A stretch of DNA of 64,000 nucleotides, taken from NCBI GenBank assembly GCA_051294905.1, contig JBPPKV010000064.1, positions 1 through 64,000 of the forward strand, given 5' to 3'. The DNA comes from Botryllus schlosseri (lineage: Eukaryota). The notes beneath the pieces are model-generated. The model was not told where the DNA came from, did not search any database, and worked only from the letters and a program-made list of their open reading frames with translations. Below, piece after piece: positions 48,796 to 60,291 of this stretch (positions are counted from its first letter, which is position 1; each line of letters begins with the position of its first letter). A program made the position numbers and the translations under genes.

Positions 48796-51700
48796 ATGTC
48801 AACTACTGCTGGTACTACTACGGTACCAAGCCAGGCGGAATTGGAAGGAGGCGACATTGCAGTGATCGTTGTATATTTCATTTTCATAATAGCAGTCGGA
48901 CTATGGGTAAGGTTTTTGGATGCACATTATTAGTAAAACACTAGAGTCAGGTAACAGGTTTGGGTATATTCAGACAATGTTCCGTACGAATCGAGGCAGC
49001 GTGAATGGGTTTTTCCTAGCTGGACGAAATATGCATTGGCTACCGGTGGGCGCGTCTCTCTTCTCGAGCAATATCGGAAGCGGGCATTTCGTGGGTTTGG
49101 CCGGGACTGGTGCAGCTGCCGGTATCGCAGTTGGCGCTTTCGAATGGAACGTAAGCTTGGAATAGACTCGGAGAACTACAGATAATTCTAATTGACTATA
49201 ATTCAGTGGTTCTCAACCTTTTTGTCTTCGCGGACCCCTTTGGGACCTTCACGGACCCTCGCGGACCCCCTCGCGGTGCAAATGATAATTGTAGGCTAGT
49301 GATAAACAGCGACAAAATGACTTTTCTTGAAAATGACATGTAGAAATTAGGTAGACTTTTACTATTTCAAAGCTAATTTCGCAACTGCATTTCTTGAAAT
49401 ACGTGGTCGTGTCGTAAAAATCCGCGCCTTCGATTTCATATGAAGGACTGCCGAAAATCCATTTCCACCACCTGGCGAATGTAAAAACAACGCGTACCGC
49501 TCCTGACGGCACATTTGCGTATGATCGCAACAAATATGGCACCAAAATTGACAAAAAATTCTTTTTAATGAACATATAACGTCAAGCCTGGTCATTTCTA
49601 TGTAGCAACTCATCTTGAAGTTATTATGGAAAAATGGTTGTGTATATCACAGGAGAAAATGGATTTTTGTAAAGATTTCGAAGTCACTGTGATTGAACTT
49701 ACTATAATCAAACTTTTAATTTTTTCCACAATCCCCAACAAAACACCTCTAAACAGCGTCGACTTCCGTAATCCAACATCTATGTGTTGGAGGTTTACCT
49801 AGGCTCCTCCTCGCCACCTAATCCGCGTCTGCGGTGTCTTACAAAAGCCTAAAGACGGGTCGTGCTATAAGTCGGCAGTTAATCAAAATAAAGAGAATAT
49901 CGGCCTGGTGTAAATGACCATAGTAGTCGACAAACACCATGAATACCCTAAAACAAAGAAAAACCTCTAAACAGCAGAATATTTGTATCAGCAGGCCATT
50001 GGCAATTTAGCAATTGAAATGAGTCTGCACAGTTTCATCTCAGACGGCCATTCTGTTGATGTGAGTTCTTTAGTTTTACTAGTAATGAAGCGAAACTGCA
50101 TCGTGATTTTTCTAATTAAAAAAAAATACAAATTATGTTATCAACTATTTTGTAAATTTAGAGGCATCGCGGATCCCCGGTGGAGAACCACTGGTCTAAT
50201 TGGACTATTGGAGTGAAATGCCGGTGGTCTAATTTTAGTGTAATTTGCGAAATTTTTCTATGCTCCAATTTTAATTACAATTTAATTATTCTGGTTTACC
50301 TGAAAATGTTACAAGACAACTGTATAGTGCGAAACGAGACAAGCTGGCTGTACATATATTTGCCATTGTCTTACTTATGAGACTGAACTTTGGTTCGATA
50401 TGAACTGAACGTGAGCTAATATCTAATTTTTCATAAATTCAGCAATTCTAATCTAATTCGAAAAAACTTCGTATCCATAATTCTAATTCTGATATAATTT
50501 GGAAAAAATTGCAAATTTTCTAGTTGTCTAATTCTGAGTCCAGCCTGAGCTGTGATTTGATATGAACTGAGCTTGAGACAATTTCCAGGTTTTCGTAAAT
50601 TTAGTAACACCAATTCTAATCTAATTCGAAAAAGAAACTGTGTATCTATAATTATCATTATAATCTAATCGAAAGAATGTGTATCTATAATTATAATTCT
50701 AGTCTAGTTTGCAAAAAACTCTGTGTCTACACATTACAAGATTTAATCTAATTTTTTTTTAATGTGTAGCTATAATTCTAATTCTAGTCTAATTTGGGAA
50801 AAACTGTATTTCTATAATTCTAATTCTAATCTAATTTGAAAAACAATGTGTCGCTATAATTCTACTTCTAATCTAATTTGGAAAAAATGTGCGTCTACAA
50901 GTATAATTATAATCTAATTTAAAAAAATGTGTAGCTATAATTCTAATTTGGAAAAAAACTATTTCTATAATTCTAATTCTAATCTAATTTGAAAAACAAT
51001 GTGTAGCTATAATTCTAATTCTAATCTAATTTGGAAAAAATGTGCGTCTACAAGTATAATTATACTCTAATTTTAAAAAAAATGTGTAGCTATAATTCTA
51101 ATTCTAGTCTAATTTGGAAAAATGTGTCTATATTAATAATTCTAATCTTATTTAAAAAAATGTGTATCTTTAATTCCAAATGTAATCTAATTTGGAAAAA
51201 ACTGTGTGTCTATAATTCTAATTCTAATCTAATATGGAAAAAAAATGTAGCTATAATTTTAATTCTAATCAAATTAGGAAAGGCTGAAAATTTTCTATTC
51301 GTTCAATTCTGGAAGAAACACATTGTTCCACTCCTTCGTTTACAGGCCATGATCACTCTGACGTTGCTTGGATGGATATTTGCTCCGATCTACATAGCGG
51401 CAGGCGTGGTGACGATGCCTGAATATTTACGCGAGAGATTCGGAGGTCAAAGAATACGGATGTACTTGTCCGTGCTGTCTCTCTTGTTGTATATTTTCAC
51501 GAAAGTTTCCGTGAGTAACTCGTATTCATCGATATTTTGTGTGGAATTCACTTTTCCCTTGACTTTAGTGCGTTCTCTTGCGGCTCAATTAATCAATCTT
51601 GTTAAAGCAGATGGTTCCGGGCTAGGCCAAGTATAATTTACACACATAAGTATCGAAGTAGAAGACCTGGGGTTAAGTTACCATTTTGGAAAATTTATTC

Positions 51701-54700
51701 ATAAATCCCGGACCCAGATTTTAACACCGAATCGCGTCATAAAATCGAGCTATTAACCTAACGTAATCCCTTTGATTTGCAGGCTGATCTATTCGCCGGG
51801 GCCGTGTTTATAAACCAAGCTTTGCACTGGAACATCTATTTCGCCATGATTTTACTCCTCGCTATCACGGCGCTGTACACTGTTACCGGCGGTCTTGCGG
51901 CTGTGATATACACAGATACAGCGCAGACGTTGATCATGCTCATCGGCGGATTTGCTATGATGATATTGGGTTAGTATATACGCGCGACAAATTTGACGAC
52001 GCATCGCTTCTCTTCATTTGGGGAGCAGTGGTTCCAAGCCTTATTGGTCATGGTCATGGCACCAAATTTCGATTTGAAAATGTTCCACGACCCGCCTCTC
52101 AATTTGGCGTGCTGATTACTCCAAAATGGTCAGCACCTTCGACAAAACTTGTGTGGGAAGCTAGCGACTATGTTCACAGTAATAGCAATTATGCAATTAT
52201 GAACTCGTCAATCTCCGTCTCTCAATACCACATCGACGTGTATAAGTCTTTTGGAGCGATATATATCTCTATCCAATCGAACTATACTGAAGCACGTGAA
52301 ATCCTGCGCCACGCAGGCACAGATAACGATCTATAAGTTATTCCGTACATTAATAGTGATGGCAAGACACCAACCATTCTTACTATACTAGGTGGCGCTT
52401 ATGACACTTCGAGTGATCTGATACCTCGCTCACCTATTAGTTGGCATTCCTCAAAGCAGACTTGGACAACTAGATAATTCTAGTCTAATTTGTAAAAAAA
52501 TGTGTAGCTATTATTCTAATTATAATCTAATTTGGAAAATCTGAAAATGTTCTAGTTGTCCAAAGTTTGCCTCAAATGTCGTTTTTGTTACTATATTTCG
52601 ACTAAAATTATAAGAAATAAGCCGTTGATAGCTCCCGGTATATTGGCATTCTCGTGATAGTCATTGGCATTTAATTTTCCTCTACGAGACCCGCCCAAGA
52701 GGATAGGCCAACTACCCGTATGTCGAGAACCCCTAATTTAGATGAGTCTATTTCCAGCGTTCACCGATGTTGGCGGATACGACGAGTTACAGAAAAAATA
52801 CATGAACGCAACACCGTCGATCTTAGTCCAAAACCAGTCGTGCGGTACGCCGCGAGCTGATTCCTTCAGCGTGTTCCGAGATGCCACTACCGGAGACTTA
52901 CCGTGGCCTGGACTGACTTTTGGTCTGACGATTCTTGCCACGTGGTACTGGTGCACGGATCAAGTAGGTGGAATAGAATTACAGGCTTTGAATATGTCAC
53001 GACTGAACATCTTCAGTACTAGAAAAACTCATCTCCCAATATTTGACTCGAATCGTAAGAATTATTACTCGAATCAGATTTTTCAGGCCTGCAATTATCT
53101 TCATCCACTTGAAGTATAGTTTTGAGATGTCTTACAAATTGCTACTGCGACGACGACTAATTTTTCTACCTCTGACGATATTATGTTCGTTGACAGGTGA
53201 TCGTGCAGCGTACGTTGGCTGCGCGTACCTTGACTCACGCGAAGGGAGGCTGCGTGTTCGCTGGTTTGCTGAAAATCTTGCCAATGTACATGATGGTGAT
53301 GGTGGGGATGATTAGCCGTGTGGTTTTCACAGGTTGTTGAAGCGAACACGTTGTTAATGAGTTTCTTGTAGCCAGATTTCAACAACTAGATAATTCTAAT
53401 TGTCTATTAATTAGACTAATTAGTGAGAAATGCCGGTAATTTAATTCTAATCGAATTTGAGAAATATTTTTATGCTCTAATTTTTGGTTTTCCTGAAAAT
53501 GCTACAGGAGAACAGTAAAGCGCGAAACGAGCAAAGCTTGCTGTACATACATTTGCCAGCAGCCTCATGCTTACGAGAATGAAATCTGATTTGATATCAA
53601 CTGAACTTTATTAAATGTCCACTCCAGGCTTTTGCGAATTCAGTAATTCTAATTTTAATGAGGATAAATTTCCAAGTTTTCGCGAATTCAGAATTATAAT
53701 CCGAATCTAATTTGGAAAAACCTGTGTAGCTATCTCTCTAATTCTAATCTTATTTGAAAGAAAAAAAATATGTAGTTATGATTATATTTCTATTCTAATT
53801 TGGAAAAAAATCGTATAGCTATAATTCTAACACTAATCTAATTTAGAAAAGCTAGAAATTTTCCAATCCAGGTCGGTTGTAACTAGTCAATTTTCGCGAC
53901 TCCAAGGCACTCTCCCAATATAGTTGAAAACCTGAAAATCATTGACAAATGGCACCTCAATATTGTCATCTTCAGAGCCATTACACCTGCTGAAATGCAC
54001 CCTGAATCAGTATCATATTAAATTTTTATGCATATGAGAGTTATGGTAATACCTTTTAGGGCCTAAATTGTATGAGAGCTTAATAATAGCCTTACTTTTT
54101 ATGCGTGAAAGTTTATTTCGTTGTATATTTACAGACGCCGTTGCTTGCGCCGATCCCGACGAGTGTATGAAGTATTGTGGAACGAAAGTCGGATGTAGCA
54201 ACATCGCCTACCCTAAATTATTGCTCAAAATTTTACCTACAGGATTGAAAGGTATTTTAATAGTGTTTCTCTGCAAGCACACGCCTCGCTGGTTGTTCGG
54301 CAATTCTTTAAACTGATGATTTACCGGTATTTTGCGTTCGTCGCTTCTTAGCCTTAACCATCCTGCGGATGCTTTACTGGCGGCAATTATGACCTCGTAT
54401 CGCTGAGTTCAAATAGTTTTACCATTCGTAATACAGCATGTTTCTCAGCGAAGCGAAGGTAAACACAAAATTAAGACTGCATTTCGCTTGATATCCTCGC
54501 TAACTATTTTCGGACGGAAATAACATCACTCGTACCATAATATGTGCTCTTTTAGGATTTCTCTTCTTTGCCCAAGAAAGGTGAATGGTCCTCCGTGGAC
54601 GCTAAAAATGTTCAAATGTCCTCCTTTTTCTTATGTCTAGTTAGTTTCTCATACTTTTGACGACAGTTTTAGACGAGAATTTGTGTTTGATTAGGTAAAA

Positions 54701-57700
54701 TTACCGTAGCCATGAAACATACTGAATTATCGGTTGAATTATCGGTTTAACAAAGGTTTTCCAACAAATTGCCCTAACCTCTTGATTGTTATTGCAAACA
54801 TTGCTCGACGTTCTCTGTAACATCTGATGAACGATCTATCTTGACCTGATCCGTCGAGGCCTTAGATATATCTTCAATCGAATTAAATATATTTCACAGA
54901 ATCAGATAATCTGTTCTTACAGCAGTAAGTAGCATCCAGCGTAGACAAAACAGGCAAATTAACAGCAAGCGCTAACGAACACACAAACGCATTTATACAC
55001 TACGTCTTAACCCAACAATCAAATAATCATTGGCCCCATCACCAAATAAGAGAAACAGAAATACGAAATGAGAGTTCACAGGTCATAAGTAATTAAAGCT
55101 TCGCAACTACACCTGGGCCATTTCACATGCGGGGATTTGGCGCAATTCTTCTTCGATGCAGCCACTATGATGCAAACAAAGAGGCAGCCTATTAATTGGA
55201 TCAGTTCCGACCATCTTGACAGCTGTATATAATTTCAATGATATTTCGTGTAAACAATTTTGCAATATCGTTGAAAATGACCATTCATTACTGGCTAAAG
55301 CTAAGGTAACCGCAAAGTCTGGGCTGATGCAGATACTAAACTTGATTTTTTTGTTTTTGTAACGTTTGCCTGAAACAGCCAAGGAAATGTAAAACATCAT
55401 CAAACTCAAACGTAGCAATTCTATTTCCGTTTAGCTGGCAAAAATGTTTTTGTTTCGGGTGCTGAACATATGGCAGGCCTAAATAACATTAGATTTCTTC
55501 AGTTAACAGCGACCTTTTGGCAATATTTATTCGAAGAAGTTATTTTTAGGTCTCATGCTGGCGGTGATGATGGCTGCCCTCATGTCGTCTTTGACATCCG
55601 TATTCAACAGAGCCTCCACGCTATTCACCTGCGACATTTGGACTAAAATTCGGAAAAACGCGTCCCAGAGGGAGCTCATGATTGTTGGAAGGCGAGTAAT
55701 GAGTATTTAGGCCACAGCTTCAAGTGCAGAATGGTCAAAGTAGCCAGCGTTGCTACTCAAGTAGAAGTAAATCTAACACAGTAAATTTCTGCTCAATTAC
55801 AAGTGGAAGTAGATGTCTGGAGACATAGACACTTCAGTAAGCAGTGCCGATAGTGGTAATAAGTAGGCCTAGTTCCCGTAGGAAAAACCGACTTCAGTGC
55901 TCCTAAATAGTAGTATACTTCGTCACTGACCAAATCTGGCCATGGGTGAAGTTTATTGGTAAATGCTCAAATATTGATGACGCAAATCTACCTTACAGAG
56001 TCTTTATACTGGTGATGGTGGGAATCAGCATCGTCTGGGTTCCAATCGTGCAAGTGTCCGCCGGCGGACAGCTTTTCGACTACATCCAGTCCATCACGAG
56101 TTATCTGGGTCCTCCCATCGCTGTCATTTTTGTTCTCGCCATTTTCTGGCCGCGACTCAACGAGCCCGTGAGTAATAAATCACGTTTATCTGGTATATTA
56201 ACGCGCGTGGTGTCTATTAATGGTATTTTAGGGAGCGTTTTGGGCGCTTATGATAGGACTGGTCATTGGATTGATTCGTATGATCATGGATTTTGCGTAC
56301 GGAGCACCGCTATGCGGAGAAGAGGAATTTCGACCAGCTGTTCTCTATAAGGTAAGATCTATGCATGAACTCTTAGTGAAAAGAGTGTGAATTCAGTATA
56401 GTGGGTAAGGATTGAACCCATCCACTTCCAATCAAGAAGTCGGACGCTCAGCCCCGTTACGCTATCTTTTTGGAATATGGTACTGGTAATCATGCCCGTA
56501 GTAACTTATATATTGCCGTATACAAAGTCATAGCCTCTGTCGATGTCTTCGGCAGAAAACCAACTTACCAGCTCTAATAGATCAGTATTATGGTATCATA
56601 CAACCGTTGTTGAACCTTCACTTGGCAGTCGCGCAAATGTCGGATGCAAATATTCCGTATAAAATAAATCACATTACATGTAAACAAGGAATTCGTGCCG
56701 TCGCGAACAGGTCTGCAACTCTGCATGATATTTCACACCTGTTACATCGTGACTGCATACGTAACGCGGCATTTCTTACAAAACTGATCACTGCATCGAT
56801 CAATCATTCCCAGAAAGTCTCAATTCAACCTTGTATGCCTGCAGCTGCAAATACTCATGAAATTTGCAATATTCCCGAGCCTGTGTGATACCGCGAAAGG
56901 GATTATTCAGCGATGCCGCCATCCCTAAATCAGTTTCTTCATTTCTAGGTTCACTATCTGCATTTCGCGCTCATTTTGGCCGGCTGCACTCTCGTCATAG
57001 CCGTAGTGGTTTCATATTTAACTCCCGCGATTCCGGCAGAACACGTAAGTAGCGGTTTAAAAGCTGGACTGAATTAAACGAATGAATCCGACGCTTGCAT
57101 CGCAGCTTTACCGGTTGACATGGTATACGAGATACAGTAAAGCCGAAAGGAAACCAATTTATAAGGAAACTGCCAAGGGGGCTGAAGTAAGGCATTGCAT
57201 TAATATCAGACTTGGTCAACCAGATAATTCTAGTTGTCTAATTCGACTAATTAGAAATCGGTAAACTAATTCATGTCTAATTTCTGAAATGTTTCTATGC
57301 TTTAATTTTAATTCTAATGTAACTTCCTATTTTCCTGAAAATGCCACTGTATAGCGCGAAACGAGTCACGCTTGCTGTACATGAACAATGTTTATTAAAC
57401 ATATACACGTGTACACTGTACTCATATAGGCACAGATCGTGTATATGTATATTAAGAGTCGGCGTATATGCCACAAAACATCAAGGACAAAAATGTACCA
57501 AGTCCTATTATGTTGATGTGCCGCATTCGCTGAGATACGATTTACTCTTACGTGCCAAATAGGTGGAAATGTCTGGCGTGGTAAACCCAGCACTTTCAAG
57601 CGACGAAGAACAAAGTACCAGAGACCTTCCAGGGAACAGTGAGAGGGTAAAACCGGACCAGGCAGGACAGGGTAACGTTTCGCAATTAACTTCCCACAAT

Positions 57701-57929
57701 CTTTGTCCAGTGCCGATACCGAAATACATTTCATCCAGAATCCGACAAGCCATGTTACAAAAAGGGTATCGACCTTTTTTGCGGTTTGGAGGACACAACC
57801 GCAGTTGGAAGCGTACCTGCGACCGTCATAACAGATATCACGGAAGAGAAAGTGCCGTCTATCATCGTCAACGTGTTCTGCGTGTTAATGCTAATAGCGA
57901 TGGTCGTACTGTTCGTGTACTATCGATGA
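48796..57929 (+). CDS. SLC5A1-like: Sodium/glucose cotransporter (SLC5A, SGLT clade), complete, 14 exons, 668 aa
   Basis: Exons 48796-48906, 48974-49150, 51346-51510, 51783-51969, 52758-52963, 53197-53332, 54135-54251, 55550-55691, 55999-56167, 56232-56351, 56949-57044, 57106-57186, 57563-57671, 57739-57929 total 2007 nt in one frame. Motifs [53 protein letters not shown] and a final TM helix. Confidence 0.93.
49204..50193. mobile_element. hAT-like element in SGLT-B intron 2, carrying a SINE-B fragment
   Basis: cagtggttctcaacc / ggagaaccactg ends; gcggacccc repeats; partial TSD. Confidence 0.75.
50400..51290 (+). repeat. AT-rich minisatellite (~40-45 bp unit gtgtagctataattctaattctaatctaatttggaaaaa) inside a MITE family
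   Basis: Directly visible tandem units. Shorter copies at ~52466-52570, 53380-53880 and 57215-57400; reverse copies at ~11580-11780 and 21850-22060. Confidence 0.88.
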
Positions 57930-59677
57930 AGTGGCAACCATCAGCGCCTTACAGCTGAGATTACTGCGGAGGACATAGCGAACATAACTGTTTTCAGTAG
58001 TGTTCACTAACAAATAACTTCCACATTGTTTTAAGTATATAGGCCTATACTTGGCAATTTAGCCTACTCGCACTACGTTTTAAGGCAAAATTACTTTGAA
58101 GAGTTTGTTGGAGGTACAGAACTTCAATATATACCATTGAATACTAATTCATATTGAAATACACCCGAATATTTTCGGCTGTCAGTGATAAATCGTCAAC
58201 AATAGTACAGAATTGGAAAGAACGTTGTATATCAACAATCGTATCATGTTTTCTTTGGATTTTAGTTTTTGGATAAGTCATACAAAACCCGTTCAAAAGA
58301 TATCTGGGTATAACGGCTGAATATTTTTTTATCGAAGACTGCACCGATTTCTAGCGGCATTAGTGATTCTGCGATAGCCGCGAGGACGTATCCTGTAATT
58401 TCAAAAGTTGCCACCACCGGCTACTAATATAATGGGTATAACTGCCAAAAGTGTCCAAACCCTCGGTCAAATCTACTTTACCGAACTATTTACATGAAAA
58501 ATTTTCACGTGATGTCATAGTCACGAATGAGATATAGCACTGACAATCCAATGTGGAGAAGACACGACCTAACCCTCCTTCCGCTCTGACGCAGCTTTCT
58601 GAAGCTAATACACCGAGAACTAAATACGCCTGAAAGCATTTGATGGTATATTTGGGAGCAGTTTCGCAGTTCATGCCGGTCTTGGATACCAAGGAAGTTG
58701 TCAGTAGCACCGTTCATATTTCCTCAATGCATATTACTTTGAGAAACTTGTTTGGGTCAACTATACATCTAAGGTTGCATATAAAGCAAATAGTTGTTTA
58801 AAACACTTTGTAATTGTGATTGTGCGATAGTCGAAGGATGCACCTTGCAATTTTTTTCAAGTTGTACATTGTACAATTATGCCATAATTGTGTAAATACT
58901 TTCCAAAAGCATGTTGTATCAGCCTACGGACGACCAGTACCACCTGATATAGCCGACGTATACGATATGGGATGGTTGGAACCCTCGAAATAGTTGGTTC
59001 ACCAGTAGTAGTAGGTAGCTATATATCATTGGTACGGGATGGATGTTCTGATGATGATCACCGCCGACCGTAAAAATTCTGCATGACGATGTAGTCCTGC
59101 AGATATTTTGGTCCGTATACGACAGGGGGAGGAAGCCTATTTCGTCAAAGGAGCTATATTTACCCTAAATTTTCAAATGTGAATATCAATAGACTATGAT
59201 GTCACAATTGAATATGCGTGACGTCGTGACTGCCTTGTATTAAACATGTTTGTTTTATACTGATTTTTGTTTTAAACACAACTCAACTATTTTCATGTAT
59301 TTGTACTGTTTATCATTAATGTTTCACCGACGTTCATTGGTTATCTGTATCCTGAGATATAATATACATGATATGGTCCCAAATGCAATATCATTCCGTT
59401 TGCATTTAATCACGAAGTAGGGATAAATACGCGATGATTGAATTTATTGCTTGACATTCCAGCGTCTTGCTCATCTGTAGCCTAAAACGGCATTCTTACT
59501 TGAACTCGATCTAGTAATCTTATCTGGCGTCGCGTGAATCGCCTTCATGTTTTGCACACCTGCTATAATTTCACATTAAACTCGAGACAGCTGCATTTGT
59601 TATATGCTTTACTACGGGATAGAGTTAAATATTCGTGGCGTTGTAATAAAATAGATCGTACAGCTGGTATTTGGCTA

Positions 59678-60291
59678 TTAATTAGCAGGTTTAACGGATG
59701 ATATATCGTCGTCTTTTCCTGCCCACGATCCCGGATTCGGATACCGTCCCGGAGTCAAGGTATAGCAACTGCCTTTGAATTCAGCTCCGTCAAACACCAA
59801 CCATCTTAACACGAGGAATAATTGTGTTAGTGCTTATGTGCCTTCTCTATTAAACTGTACACGATGCACATTAGTCACGTGCCGGATTGCACTATAACTG
59901 ATGAAGTAATGTCGTTAAAGGCATCTAAGCTTGGCGTAGCTGCCGATAGCTCTCGGGACTTTCCACCAAAGTCTTCATCTTCGTACAAAACGATCTGATG
60001 GAGATAATTACGCGTTTAAAGGCTTAATGCGATCGACTTAACTGGGGTGCAAATTACAGTGAAGAAAACAGAGTCTGAGCAATGAGCTGCATCAACGATC
60101 TTTTGGGGCTACGTTTTGACCGACGCACTCTCACTGCTAACCCACGGCAATCCCGGGGAAAATATTTGCCAGCGAGACTACGAGCCGGAACGTCGGAGAT
60201 GTATTCTCCTTCACAGTAAGGAAATCTAATGCAAGCTTACGGGTTTCTCCTGGCTCATTCAATTGGTACATACCTTCGATTCAGAAGTCAT
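59678..60291 (-). CDS. Single-domain betagamma-crystallin (Ciona betagamma-crystallin-like), 86 aa
   Basis: Exons 60291-60274 (MTSESK), 59994-59879 and 59804-59678, all GT-AG. Protein MTSESKIVLYEDEDFGGKSRELSAATPSLDAFNDITSSVIVQSGTWLVFDGAEFKGSCYTLTPGRYPNPGSWAGKDDDISSVKPAN has two Greek-key Y/FxxxxFxG motifs and two N/D-D-x-x-S-S motifs. Confidence 0.93.

Noticed and set aside
51031-51345. N-terminal part of the 201-aa ORF
   Set aside because: Minisatellite read-through into SGLT-B exon 3.
58144-58717. Short minus-strand ORFs with a faint Crypton-like NCETAPKYTIKCFQAYL
   Set aside because: No catalytic tyrosine-recombinase motifs were found.
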